Notes: a model not told the origin generated them from the sequence alone. 64,000 nt of DNA from Spirochaetia bacterium (GCA_963662265.2 CAXXHA010000035.1:160001-224000); one strand, 5' to 3'; shown: positions 28,948-39,245, counted from the first letter of the stretch. Program-made: numbers and translations.

Positions 28948-30756
28948 TTATTCTGCTGCTTTTTCAGCTACTTCAGCTTCTTCTTTGATTTCCTCTTTAA
29001 AGAGAATTCCAAGTTCATCCAGCTGGTTCTGCTCAATTTCTGAAGGGGAGTCATCAAGAGGTGACAACCCTGCTGTGTTTTTCGGGAACGCTATAACTTC
29101 CCTGATTGAATCTTCTCCTGCCATTATCATTACCAGTCTGTCAAGGCCGGGAGCGATACCTCCGTGAGGCGGTGCTCCGTATTTGAAAGCATTGAGCATG
29201 AAGCCGAATTTTCTTTCTGCCTCTTCATCTGAAAAACCTACAACATTGAAAATTCTCTTCTGAATTTCAGGGTCATGAACCCTGATTGATCCTGATGCAA
29301 TTTCATATCCGTTGAGAACAAGGTCGTAGAGATCTCCCTTAACCGGACCCGGGTCCTGTTCCATTGTCTCGAGATACTGTCCCTGAGGCATTGAGAACAT
29401 GTGATGCGCAGGATCCCATTTGTTCTCATCTTCGTTCCATTCGAAGAGTGGGAAGTCAAGGATCCAGGCAAAAGCAAATGCAGATTCATCGATAAGACCA
29501 AGGTCTTTTCCTAGTTTGCTTCTTACAGCCCCGAGTGAGTTACAGGTTACTTTCCAGCTGTCTGCAACAAAAAGGAGGAGGTCTCCGTTCTCGGCGCCTG
29601 TCTTTTCAATTATTTCCTTTTCCTCATCCTTAAAGAATTTTGAAACACCCCCTTCAAGCCCTTCTTCTCCTGCCTTCATCCATGCAAGGCCTTTTGCCCC
29701 GTAAATTTTGGCAGTATCTTCAAGTTCTGTGATTTTCTTTCTGGAATAATCTGATGCGCATCCTTTTGCAAGTATATACCTTACTGTTCCTCCGTTTGCC
29801 ACTGTGTCCTTGAATACAGAGAAGCTGCATTTTTCAGCGATGTCGGTGAAATCCTTTATCTTCATCTCGAAACGGAGGTCAGGTTTGTCTGAGCCGTAGG
29901 ATTCCATTGCTTCATGATAGCTCAGTCTTCTGAAATTCTCAGGGAGTTTAAGAGAGAGAGTTTTTTCAAAGACATGGCTCATCATTCCTTCTGTGAGGGA
30001 AAGTACATCTTCCCGGTCAACAAAGCTCATCTCTATATCTATCTGGGTAAATTCAGGCTGCCTGTCTCCCCTTGCATCCTCATCCCTGTAGCATCTTGCA
30101 ATCTGGAAGTACTTATCAAGTCCTGATACCATTAAGAGCTGTTTATATATCTGGGGGCTCTGTGGAAGGGCGAATGCTTTTCCGGGGTACAGTCTTGAAG
30201 GTACGATAAAGTCTCTTGCCCCTTCAGGAGTAGATTTTATGAAAGTGGGAGTTTCAATCTCGTAAAAATCCTTATTACTAAGGTATTCCCTTACTGCAAA
30301 TGCTGTTTCATGCCTGAGCCTGATATTGTTTTTCATTTTCTCAGATCTCAGGTCCAGGAATCTGTATTTAAGCCTCAAGTCTTCCTTAGCGTTTGATTTC
30401 TCGTCTACCATGAAGGGGAGGACTTCGCACTGTGAAAGTACTCTTATTTCTTCGGCTTTAATTTCAATTTCACCTGTACTCATATCAGGATTTATCATTT
30501 CATCAGGTCTTTTTCTCACCAGACCCTTTACTGCTATGCAGTATTCGAATTTAAGGTTGTCTGCAAGATTTATAAGATCTTCTGATGCATCCTCATCTAT
30601 TACTACCTGGCTTACACCATATCTGTCTCTTAAATTTATAAAGTGGATTCCGCCGTGGTTTCTGTTTTTATATACCCATCCGTTAAGGGTAACTGTCTTT
30701 CCGGCATCATTTCCGGATAGCTCTCCGCAAGTGTGTGTTCGTTTAAATTCATTCAT
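28948..30756 (-). CDS. aspS: Aspartate--tRNA ligase
   Basis: RTHTCGEL, STPEGARDF, LPQSPQ, RDEDARGDRQPEF, GAPPHGG. Likely start is MNEFK at 30756. Confidence 0.97.
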   Translation of the reverse strand: MNEFKRTHTCGELSGNDAGKTVTLNGWVYKNRNHGGIHFINLRDRYGVSQVVIDEDASEDLINLADNLKFEYCIAVKGLVRKRPDEMINPDMSTGEIEIKAEEIRVLSQCEVLPFMVDEKSNAKEDLRLKYRFLDLRSEKMKNNIRLRHETAFAVREYLSNKDFYEIETPTFIKSTPEGARDFIVPSRLYPGKAFALPQSPQIYKQLLMVSGLDKYFQIARCYRDEDARGDRQPEFTQIDIEMSFVDREDVLSLTEGMMSHVFEKTLSLKLPENFRRLSYHEAMESYGSDKPDLRFEMKIKDFTDIAEKCSFSVFKDTVANGGTVRYILAKGCASDYSRKKITELEDTAKIYGAKGLAWMKAGEEGLEGGVSKFFKDEEKEIIEKTGAENGDLLLFVADSWKVTCNSLGAVRSKLGKDLGLIDESAFAFAWILDFPLFEWNEDENKWDPAHHMFSMPQGQYLETMEQDPGPVKGDLYDLVLNGYEIASGSIRVHDPEIQKRIFNVVGFSDEEAERKFGFMLNAFKYGAPPHGGIAPGLDRLVMIMAGEDSIREVIAFPKNTAGLSPLDDSPSEIEQNQLDELGILFKEEIKEEAEVAEKAAE

Positions 30757-31047
30757 GATAAGAAATCTATCATCTGGAATAAACATGTTCAAGATGCATA
30801 TTAACGTAGTTTACGGGGAGTAAAAAAGCTGGTGATTTATATTGTGTTTATCTCTATTGAGAGGTGTATGGATTATGACTATTGGTTTGAATGTTTATAC
30901 AAATTTAGCATTGATTTGAATGACATGGGAGTTTAAATAAGTTATCATTAGGACAGGGCAGATTAAAATTATCTGCAGCCAATATAATGTTTTAAATATG
31001 GTCAGCTGTAAAATAGCTTGCAGCTGATAAAGACCGGAGTTTAGAAA

Positions 31048-31809
31048 ATGCTTAACAGCAATAATATTCCAAAATATGTTCAGATATATAATTATCTTGA
31101 CGGTCTGATAAAAAGAGGCAGGATTAAAGTCGGTGACCGGCTGCCTACAGAGGAAAAGATCGCAGCTGATTTCAAGGTGAACAGGATGACTGTAAGGCAG
31201 GCTATTGATGAGTTTGTAGTCAAGAAGATGGTTGTAAGAGAGCGGGGCAGGGGAAGTTTCCTGGTCAGAAACAGGCCGCAGGAGTACCTGTGGAGCTTTA
31301 ACAACATAACAAGCTTTACAGATTCGATGCTGGATGCGGGAGTAAAGTCTGAATCTGAAAATATCCTGATTGAGCTTTCAGAGGCAGATGACAGGGTATG
31401 TTCGCTTCTTGCCCTTGATGAAGGCGACAAGAGGGTAATACATACGCTCAGAAGCAAATATGCCGAAGATGAGGTTGTCTGCTACGAGAGAAGTTTTCTT
31501 CCCTATAATGATTTCAGGGAAATCCTCGATATGAACATAGAAGGATCTCTTTATCATATACTTGTTGATAAGTTCAATATAAAGCTTGATCATTCCACCC
31601 ATACACTGAGCTCTTCGATAACAGGAGAGGAGGAGAGGACTCTTTTTCAGATAGATGAGAATGTTTCCTGCATGATGGTTGAATCTGTTACCTATGATCC
31701 GGGAAATATCCCTGTTGAAGTCCTCTATACATGCTTCAGGGGAGATAAATTTAAATTCAGGATTGAATCAGGTAAATATATTTATCAGAAAAAAGGGGAT
31801 ATCAGTTAA
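31048..31809 (+). CDS. GntR/HutC-family regulator with UTRA domain (PhnF-like)
   Basis: PKYVQI, RLPTEE, VNRMTVRQA, RGRGSF, C-terminal FRGDKF. Confidence 0.9.
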   Translation: MLNSNNIPKYVQIYNYLDGLIKRGRIKVGDRLPTEEKIAADFKVNRMTVRQAIDEFVVKKMVVRERGRGSFLVRNRPQEYLWSFNNITSFTDSMLDAGVKSESENILIELSEADDRVCSLLALDEGDKRVIHTLRSKYAEDEVVCYERSFLPYNDFREILDMNIEGSLYHILVDKFNIKLDHSTHTLSSSITGEEERTLFQIDENVSCMMVESVTYDPGNIPVEVLYTCFRGDKFKFRIESGKYIYQKKGDIS

Positions 31810-31992
31810 AAAAGGATTGCCGCGATATTGTTCTGATCTTTTTTGTATCTAATGGCTGATCAGTATCTTTCATTTTTCCCTGTAAATACTTGGAGAATTT
31901 ACATCCTGTTAAGGAAAATAATCCGTCAGGAATTATATATACATATAAACTGTCCGTGTCTTGGACACTCTGGATATTCACATACTGTAAAT

Positions 31993-32031
31993 AAAAAAAA
32001 GGCGCCAGGTCCTGAGGACCAAGCGCCTTTT
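31993..32031. terminator. Bidirectional terminator
   Basis: A8-GGCGC...GCGCC-T4. Confidence 0.7.
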
Positions 32032-32049
32032 ATTTTACATATTGCCGGA

Positions 32050-32355
32050 TTATTTTCCTGCAGCACTTGTAAAGTAAGTTTTAGCCTGTCCAAGTGGCTG
32101 GAGTGATTCTGTGTACATTTCTTTATCGAAATATGTAACTCCGAGATCATAAATACTCATTGCTCTACCCCATTTACCGAATGACTCAGGTGCGCCTGCT
32201 GCTTCAGCTTCAGCTTTAAGACCGTTTACTTCGTCCATAAGAGCCACAGCTTCGTCTTTTGCAGGATCAGCAGGTGCTTTTGCACTTGATGCACATGCAA
32301 CAAACATCATTGAGAGCATCGCTACTAACAGGATAAGAAATAACTTCCTTTTCAT
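32050..32355 (-). CDS. Small lipoprotein
   Basis: GAGGAGG SD, FVAC lipobox, own terminator. Confidence 0.85.
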   Translation of the reverse strand: MKRKLFLILLVAMLSMMFVACASSAKAPADPAKDEAVALMDEVNGLKAEAEAAGAPESFGKWGRAMSIYDLGVTYFDKEMYTESLQPLGQAKTYFTSAAGK

Positions 32356-32430
32356 AATTCCTCCTCATTAATGTAGAAAAGTTATTAAAATTGCAAATCA
32401 CATTCATTCGAGTTATTAGTGAATGATAGA

Positions 32431-32459
32431 TTAACAATTTTTTAACAAAAGATTAACAA
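32431..32459 (-). promoter_or_regulatory. Three TTAACAA direct repeats at exact 11-bp spacing (OmpR/PhoB-type box)
   Basis: Copies at 32431, 32442 and 32453 upstream of the lipoprotein gene. Confidence 0.6.
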
Positions 32460-32794
32460 TATGTTTAATTATCACCTGACAATCTGAATTTTGCAAGGAA
32501 AATTTTATCAAAACCTGGGTAAAAATAAGCCAGAATAATAGTAAAACACTAAAATTTTCCGGTTTCTAATCTGATTGTTGATAAATACTGATTATTATAG
32601 GTCAATTATCTCCATAAATATTTATAGTAATTAAGATGATAATGATGATAATAATGATGTATTTGCAAATATTATCAGTAAATGGAAAGAGCAGTGGATG
32701 GGTCGGGTATTTGTGATGACCCCGGATAGTTGTGGATGGGCCGGGTACCTGTAAATGTGTAAATCAGCTTGAAATCCTGACTGGGAAATTAAAT

Positions 32795-32825
32795 AAAAAA
32801 AGGCGTCCATTTAAAATGAACGCCT
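32795..32825 (-). terminator. phnW terminator
   Basis: AGGCGT.CAT/ATG.ACGCCT stem with an A-tract. Confidence 0.7.
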
Positions 32826-32896
32826 CCAGCTTTTATAAAAAGTCTGTTTTTGCCGCTGAATGGTTGCCCGCAGGCTCAGCATAATTGTAGAAAATA

Positions 32897-34048
32897 TTAA
32901 TATTTAACAGGAATAGCAACACCTGACTCTTTAAGAGCATTTTCGAGTACTTTGAAAGCATCTCTGATATCTTCAGCTTTGAGAGCTCCAAGGTTACAGA
33001 TTCTGAATGTTTCGAGGTCTGCAATTTTACCAGGATAGATTGTTACGCCGTTTTCAAACAGATAATCGTGGATTTTTGAAAAATCAAAGTTAGGATCATT
33101 AGGATACATGAGTCCAACAACAAGTTTAGTCTGTTTTTCTTCAGGAAGAATTCCTTTGAAACCAAGTCTTGTCATTTCTTCGTTGATTACTTTCCATCCG
33201 TCCATCAGTCTTTCGTATTTAGGCATTTCACCTTCAGCAAAATGTTCTTTGATTGCCTGCTCAAGTGAGTAGATAATCTGTACAGGAGGTGTGAAGTTCA
33301 TCTGACCGTTCTTTTCAAAGAAATCATACTGTCTGTAAAGGTTTGTGTAGTATGATCTTTTTGGGTAGTCTTTTGATTTTTCGATTTCTGCTCTTTTACC
33401 GATGAGGTATGAAACGCCTGTGAAAGCATTCATTCCTTTCTGTGATGAAGCCATGCAGAAGTCAATGTTGTCTTTTTCTATATCGATAGGAAGAAGACCG
33501 TAAGTTGAAGTTGTATCTGTTACGAAAATTGAGTTGTATTTGTGAGCAAGAGCTCCAACTTCTCTGATTGGGTTCTTGATTCCTGTCCCAGTTTCCTGGT
33601 GAACCATGTATACAACAGCGATTTCAGAATCGTTTTTAAGAGCTTCTTCAACTTTTGCAAGATCAGGAAGTTCTGTTACTCCGAACTGAAGGTTAACTGT
33701 TTCGATTCCGTAGTATTCACATGCTTCTGCAGCTCTTGCATTGTAAAAACCGTTGTTTACAATAAGAACTTTTTTATTAGCTGGAACAAGTGATCCGAGG
33801 GCTACATCGATATTTATTGTTCCTGAACCTGCAAAAAGAACAGCTACGTGATCTTTTGTATTTCCATGAACAACTTTTACAAGGTCCTCACAAACTTTTC
33901 TTGCAATAACTGCAAATTCTTCTTCTCTGTGGCAGATATCGCCCTGGATGAGAGATGCTTTAACAGTTTCAGTAGTTGTAGATGGACCCGGGTTTAATAA
34001 TATGTTTCTTTTAACAGTTTTATTAACTGTCTGTTCCTTAAGTACCAT
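32897..34048 (-). CDS. phnW: 2-aminoethylphosphonate aminotransferase (class V)
   Basis: KRNILLNPGP, DICHRE, GSGT, VHQETGTG, DTTST, SSQK, FTPP, IYPGK, FRICNLG. Confidence 0.88.
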   Translation of the reverse strand: MVLKEQTVNKTVKRNILLNPGPSTTTETVKASLIQGDICHREEEFAVIARKVCEDLVKVVHGNTKDHVAVLFAGSGTINIDVALGSLVPANKKVLIVNNGFYNARAAEACEYYGIETVNLQFGVTELPDLAKVEEALKNDSEIAVVYMVHQETGTGIKNPIREVGALAHKYNSIFVTDTTSTYGLLPIDIEKDNIDFCMASSQKGMNAFTGVSYLIGKRAEIEKSKDYPKRSYYTNLYRQYDFFEKNGQMNFTPPVQIIYSLEQAIKEHFAEGEMPKYERLMDGWKVINEEMTRLGFKGILPEEKQTKLVVGLMYPNDPNFDFSKIHDYLFENGVTIYPGKIADLETFRICNLGALKAEDIRDAFKVLENALKESGVAIPVKY

Positions 34049-34097
34049 GGCTGGTTACTCCTCCTTCAAAAAAAACTATATCAAGTATTTTAATCGT

Positions 34098-34125
34098 ATT
34101 CTAACATTTAAAGAATATTAGTCAA
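34098..34125 (-). promoter_or_regulatory. Sigma70 promoter of phnW
   Basis: TTGACT-16-TAGAAT with TGn extension. Confidence 0.55.
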
Positions 34126-34445
34126 TGCTGATGGATGAAATCCGGTAAAATATTCAGCTCTTTTTTATCTATATATTATAAAACATAACCAATTGTAATA
34201 AAAATCATGAGAAATAGTCTTATTTAGGGGAATTCGGTAAATACACACCTTGATTAAAAGTTATAAAAAAATAAAATAATATTAGTTGGACAGCATAAAT
34301 GTGGAGATATTGGATATATTAAAATAATGTAAAAAATTTGTTAAAATTTTCCTTGACAGAATTCACTATCAACAGGTTAAAATAGATATATAAAGTAATT
34401 TCTTTATAGAGGGGTGTTGCCCTTTGAAAATTTGAGGAGGAAATA

Positions 34446-35423
34446 ATGAAAAGAAGTCTTTTGTTGATTCTTTGTATTCTTGTTCTCGGTTCTTTTGTTT
34501 TTGCTGAAGGCCAGGGAGAAGGATCAGGCAAAACTAAAAAACACGCAATCATGGGATCATCAAGCTTAGGAGGAAGCTGGTACCCAACTGCTTCAAGAAT
34601 TGCTGGTGTAACTATGAAATACACAGATTCTGTTGTAACTGTACAGTCATCAGGTGGTGGTACAGAAAATATCAGACTTATGAAACAGGGTCAGTACCAG
34701 ATGGGTATGGCTGAATCTAACATAATGGTTTATGGATACCAGGGAATCAGAGATTTTGACGGCGATCCCTACCCAGAACTTACATTTGTAACTCAGCTTT
34801 ATCCCCTTATTTTCCAGGCTCTTGTAGCAAAAAGCACAGGCTGGACTACACTTGCAGACCTTAAAGGTAAATCATTTTCACCAGGTTCACCAGGATCAGG
34901 TGATGTTGCAGCATGGGAAGAAGTTTTTGACGGCGGTTTTAACATGCAGCCTGAAGACCTTATCTGGAAACCACTTTCACATAATGAAAGATCAATGGCT
35001 TTCAAAGACAGAGTTCTTGATTCAGTAGGTTATGAAACAGCTTGCCCTGCAGGTTCAATTCTTGAAGCTACAGCTCAGAACCCAGGAACTATTCTTTCAA
35101 TCGGTGGAAAAAACAGAGATCAGCTTATTGCTAAATATTCATGGTATGACCCATGGGTAATTCCTGCTGGAACATACAATGGTCAGGACGAAGATGTTCA
35201 GACTATTATCCAGGGTGGTGGAATCATTGCTGATGCTAATGTAAGTGAAGAACTTATTTACGACTATGTAAGCGCTATGTACGGACCTGGCCTCGAAGCA
35301 GTTCAGTCAGTTCATGCTAACGCTCATTACATTACACTTGACACAGCATGTGACGGTAGAGGACCTGTTCCAATACATGCAGGTGCTGCAAAATTCTACA
35401 AAGAAAAAGGTGTTTACAAATAA
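34446..35423 (+). CDS. TAXI-family TRAP transporter solute-binding protein
   Basis: MGSSSLGGSWYP, SSGGGTENI, IPAGTY, PIHAGAAKFYKE. Confidence 0.93.
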   Translation: MKRSLLLILCILVLGSFVFAEGQGEGSGKTKKHAIMGSSSLGGSWYPTASRIAGVTMKYTDSVVTVQSSGGGTENIRLMKQGQYQMGMAESNIMVYGYQGIRDFDGDPYPELTFVTQLYPLIFQALVAKSTGWTTLADLKGKSFSPGSPGSGDVAAWEEVFDGGFNMQPEDLIWKPLSHNERSMAFKDRVLDSVGYETACPAGSILEATAQNPGTILSIGGKNRDQLIAKYSWYDPWVIPAGTYNGQDEDVQTIIQGGGIIADANVSEELIYDYVSAMYGPGLEAVQSVHANAHYITLDTACDGRGPVPIHAGAAKFYKEKGVYK

Positions 35424-35441
35424 GATTTGTGGGATTTATAT

Positions 35442-35470
35442 GAAGCCGGATATTTATCCGGCTTCTTTTT
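35442..35470 (+). terminator. Terminator-like hairpin after the TAXI gene
   Basis: GAAGCCGGATA/TATCCGGCTTC plus T-tract. Confidence 0.8.
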
Positions 35471-35963
35471 CTGTATATATTGACTGTTTTTTGTTAAAAG
35501 GTATAAAAAGCCGGCAACATATCGACAGAAAAACCATTCGTATTTAAAAAACCTGGCAGAATATCTCTGCAATTTATAGAAAAAATATTTTTTTGATTAG
35601 GTTTATACTTCCGGAATTGGAGGCTGGGAGATTCTATAAACTCTGTTTGCATTAAAATGTACTTTTATAAAATGGCAAAAAGTGCAGATGAAAAGCATTC
35701 AGAAAATATTTCTTATACCGAATAGTATGGGGAATAGCTGATAGAGGAATTTAATACGGCAAAATTCCTGTATCACAAAAATCTGATATTACTTCAGGTA
35801 GGTATTCTGCCTCGCAGAATGCCAGTCTCATGCAGAAATAAATATACTACTTGTAAAAGTTTCTGTGAATGAGGCACTTGTCCCGCCAGGGGCATCTGTC
35901 CCGTATCGGGGCAGAAAAACCCTGTTTCAGGGTAAAAAACTCATATAGAAGGAAAGAAGATTA

Positions 35964-38168
35964 ATGAGTGACGATTTGATGAGTAACCTCGATTACTCGA
36001 AAATGACAGAGGCGGAAATTGCTGAAGCAAAAGCAATTGAAGCCAGAGCTAAAGAGCTTGAAAAAGCTACTTCAGGCCACAGGGAGTGGAATAAGACCGG
36101 TCTTTTGGTAATTTCAGCAATTGCTATTGTTTACGGCTTGTTTCACATGTACACAGGTTTTGCTGGAATGTTCACTGCTCTCAGGCAGAGATCAATCCAC
36201 CTTAGTTTTGCGCTTGTAATTTGTCTTATCAAATTTTCTGCAAACAGAAACAAAGATGAAAAGTCTGAACCAGTTATTCCTTACATCTTACTTGGTGTAG
36301 GTGCATGGACATCTGTTATTCTGACACTTCAGAGTAAAAAGATGCTTTCTTATGGTGCTGTAATAGGCGCTCTTGTTGTAATAGCTGCTATACTTTTTGT
36401 AGCAAGAATATTCACAAAGAAAGCAAGAGTGAAAGCTGGTGTTCAGGTTGAAAAGAAAATGGTCTGGTATGACTTTGTATTTATAACATTTGCACTTGTA
36501 GGATGTTACTATATTGCAATAAATACTGATGCAATTCTTGAAAGAGCTGGTATTGTATACTTAAAAGACCAGATTATCGGTGTGCTGCTTCTTCTTACCG
36601 TACTTGAAGCAACAAGACGATCAATCGGACATGTTCTCATGTTTATCGGTATTGTAATGCTTTTCTACTGTAGATTCGGATATGTATTTCCAGGCGTTTT
36701 CTGGCATCCAGGATTCCCTGTCAGCATGATAATCAGACACTTTATTCTTATCGACTCAGGTCTCTGGTCAACACCTCTCGGTGTATCTTCAAGTTATATA
36801 TCACTGTTCCTTCTCTTAGGTGCAGCTCTTCATGCAACAGGTCTTGCAGAGCTTCTTCTTAAGATTGCGAAAGGTATCTTTGGTGCGATGGTTGGTGGAC
36901 CTGCTAAGATGGCAGTTGTTGCATCATCAATGTTTGCTATGATCTCAGGATCTTCAACTTCAAACGTAGCAACAACAGGTATTATCACTATTCCTCTTAT
37001 GAAGAAAACTGGTATTCCTCCACAGCTTGCAGGATCAATCGAAGCAGCAGCTTCTATGGGTGGACAGATTACTCCTCCTGTAATGGGTGCTGTAGCATTC
37101 ATCATGGCAGAGTTCCTCGGTATCAGTTATGTAACTGTTATTGCAGCAGCAGCTCTTCCTGCAGCTCTTTACTACACAGCTGTATTTACAATGATTCACT
37201 TTGAATCACATAAAATCGGTGCTTATGGACTCAAGAAATCAGAACTTCCTGAATGGAAGGGTGATGCTCTTAGAAAAGGATATCTTTTCCTTCCTGTAAT
37301 TGTACTTGTATACATGCTCTGTACTGGTTACACACCAATGAGAGCTTCATTCAACTCATTCTGGATTGCAATCGCATTAAGTATGTTCAGAAAAGAAACA
37401 AGACTTACTCCTAAGAAGTTCTTAAATGTTATTGATTCAGCAGGTCAGACTCTTACAGTAGTTGCTATCCCATCAGCTATCGCTGGTTTCGTAGTAGGTA
37501 CTGCAACTCTTACAGGTCTTACTCCTGCTCTCTCATCATTCCTTGCAATGATTGCTCAGGATAAACTTATCCTTACACTTATCATTACACAGGTTATGTG
37601 TCTTGTACTTGGTATGGGTGTACCAACAGTAGCTAACTATATCCTCATGACTATCATGACAGTTCCTGTAATGATCAGAGCCGGTGTTCCGCCACTTGCA
37701 GCACACCTTTTCTGTTTCCACTTCGGAATCATGTCAGAGCTTACACCTCCAGTAGCTATTACTTCTTACACAGCTTCTGCTATTGCAGGCGCGCCGTTCT
37801 GGCCGACAGCTGGTAACGCTGTAAGACTTGCAGCTGTTGCATACATCGTACCTTACATCTTTGTATACAACACATCACTGCTTCTCGGAATGGAGCCGTT
37901 TACAGGTGGAACATTAGTAACTATAGTGATGGCGCTCCTTGGTGCGGTAACATTCGGAACAGCTATGGCTGGATTTATAAAGAGGCGAATGTATCTCATA
38001 GAACAGATTATACTGGCTGTTGCAGCTATTGCGATTATTGTACCGCGAGCACTTCCCAGACTTGCAGGTATTTTAATTATCGGCGGTATTATTACAATGC
38101 AGTTTATCTATAAGAAAAATCCTAAGAACTACAAGGTTCCTGATAAGAAACCTGCTTATGATGCATAA
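35964..38168 (+). CDS. TRAP transporter fused 4TM/12TM permease
   Basis: LEATRR, GGPAKMAV, SMGGQITPPVMG, LGMGVPT, LTPPVA. Confidence 0.94.
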   Translation: MSDDLMSNLDYSKMTEAEIAEAKAIEARAKELEKATSGHREWNKTGLLVISAIAIVYGLFHMYTGFAGMFTALRQRSIHLSFALVICLIKFSANRNKDEKSEPVIPYILLGVGAWTSVILTLQSKKMLSYGAVIGALVVIAAILFVARIFTKKARVKAGVQVEKKMVWYDFVFITFALVGCYYIAINTDAILERAGIVYLKDQIIGVLLLLTVLEATRRSIGHVLMFIGIVMLFYCRFGYVFPGVFWHPGFPVSMIIRHFILIDSGLWSTPLGVSSSYISLFLLLGAALHATGLAELLLKIAKGIFGAMVGGPAKMAVVASSMFAMISGSSTSNVATTGIITIPLMKKTGIPPQLAGSIEAAASMGGQITPPVMGAVAFIMAEFLGISYVTVIAAAALPAALYYTAVFTMIHFESHKIGAYGLKKSELPEWKGDALRKGYLFLPVIVLVYMLCTGYTPMRASFNSFWIAIALSMFRKETRLTPKKFLNVIDSAGQTLTVVAIPSAIAGFVVGTATLTGLTPALSSFLAMIAQDKLILTLIITQVMCLVLGMGVPTVANYILMTIMTVPVMIRAGVPPLAAHLFCFHFGIMSELTPPVAITSYTASAIAGAPFWPTAGNAVRLAAVAYIVPYIFVYNTSLLLGMEPFTGGTLVTIVMALLGAVTFGTAMAGFIKRRMYLIEQIILAVAAIAIIVPRALPRLAGILIIGGIITMQFIYKKNPKNYKVPDKKPAYDA

Positions 38169-38193
38169 GTAATAAATCTTAAAGGATTTTATG

Positions 38194-38226
38194 GCCCGGA
38201 TACGGTATGCGTATCCGGGTTTTTTT
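38194..38226 (+). terminator. Intrinsic terminator
   Basis: CCCGGATACG/CGTATCCGGG plus T7. Confidence 0.85.
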
Positions 38227-38471
38227 ATGCATTACCAGTCAAATGAAACCGGTTATCTGAACTGATAAGAATTATTTTATATTTTAATTGCTGAGTTATG
38301 GATTGGCTTTTATAACCCTCCGGAAATTACTGATGCTAACTTGCAATAGCTTCTTTCAGTGGAAATAATTTATTTGCTGGATGACAGTAAAATGAAAAAA
38401 GACGGACATAAAGTCCGCCTTTGAAATATAAACTGGTTGTATGATTTTTTATAAAGTTTTTAGATTTCTTT

Positions 38472-39245
38472 TTATCCGGAAATCCTTCCCTTCATATACT
38501 CAACACCGTTTTTGAAGATCCTTAAGCCGTATCCCTCTTTTATTTCCTTTCTTGTCCACTGCGGGTGGTTTTCCGGGAAGAGGAAAGCTTCGGGGTGAGG
38601 CATGAGCCCCAGTATTCTTCCGGTTGAGTCTGTGATACCTGCTATATCATTTTCAGAGCCGTTGGGGTTCCTGTCAGAGTATCTGATTGCTGCAAGGTTT
38701 TCTCTCTCAAGCCTGTCGAGTACTTCTTCAGACTTTGTAATAAATCTTCCTTCACCATGTCTGATCGGGACATCCATTTTATCGAGTCCCTTTGTCCATA
38801 TGCAGTCAGATTTCTCATTGAAAGCTATTTCCAGCCAGCTGTTTTCAAATACACCGGTGTTATTGTGAATAAGCGATACATCGCAGCTCCAGTTACCTTC
38901 GAAGTTCGGAAGTACACCCATCTTCACAAGTACCTGAAACCCGTTGCATATGCCGATTATAAGCTTTCCGTCAGCTATAAACCTGTCAAGTTCCTCTTTA
39001 AGGTGATGCTTGAAGAGGTGTGCAAATACCAGGCCTGAGCCCAGGTGGTCCCCGAATGAGAAGCCTCCGGGAAATGCGAGTATATGATAATTTCTTAAGC
39101 TTTCAGGTTTTTCAATAATATCCTTGATGTGGATTTTTTCAGCTTCCGATCCGGAAAGGATAAAAGCCTGTTTAAGCTCATTATCTGCATTGATACCGTA
39201 ACCGGTAATGACTGCTGTTTTTACTGCATTGTTTCTGTCTGCCAT
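38472..39245 (-). CDS. purQ: FGAM synthase glutaminase subunit
   Basis: PGGFSFGD, GICNGFQ, HGEGR, NPNGS, MPHPE. Confidence 0.95.
   Translation of the reverse strand: MADRNNAVKTAVITGYGINADNELKQAFILSGSEAEKIHIKDIIEKPESLRNYHILAFPGGFSFGDHLGSGLVFAHLFKHHLKEELDRFIADGKLIIGICNGFQVLVKMGVLPNFEGNWSCDVSLIHNNTGVFENSWLEIAFNEKSDCIWTKGLDKMDVPIRHGEGRFITKSEEVLDRLERENLAAIRYSDRNPNGSENDIAGITDSTGRILGLMPHPEAFLFPENHPQWTRKEIKEGYGLRIFKNGVEYMKGRISG

Noticed and set aside
30757-31047. T-box leader for aspS
   Set aside because: No GGTGGNACCGCG motif, and the promoter appears to abut the start codon.
32694-32752. Mini CRISPR array
   Set aside because: Only two imperfect repeats, a 17-bp spacer and no cas genes.
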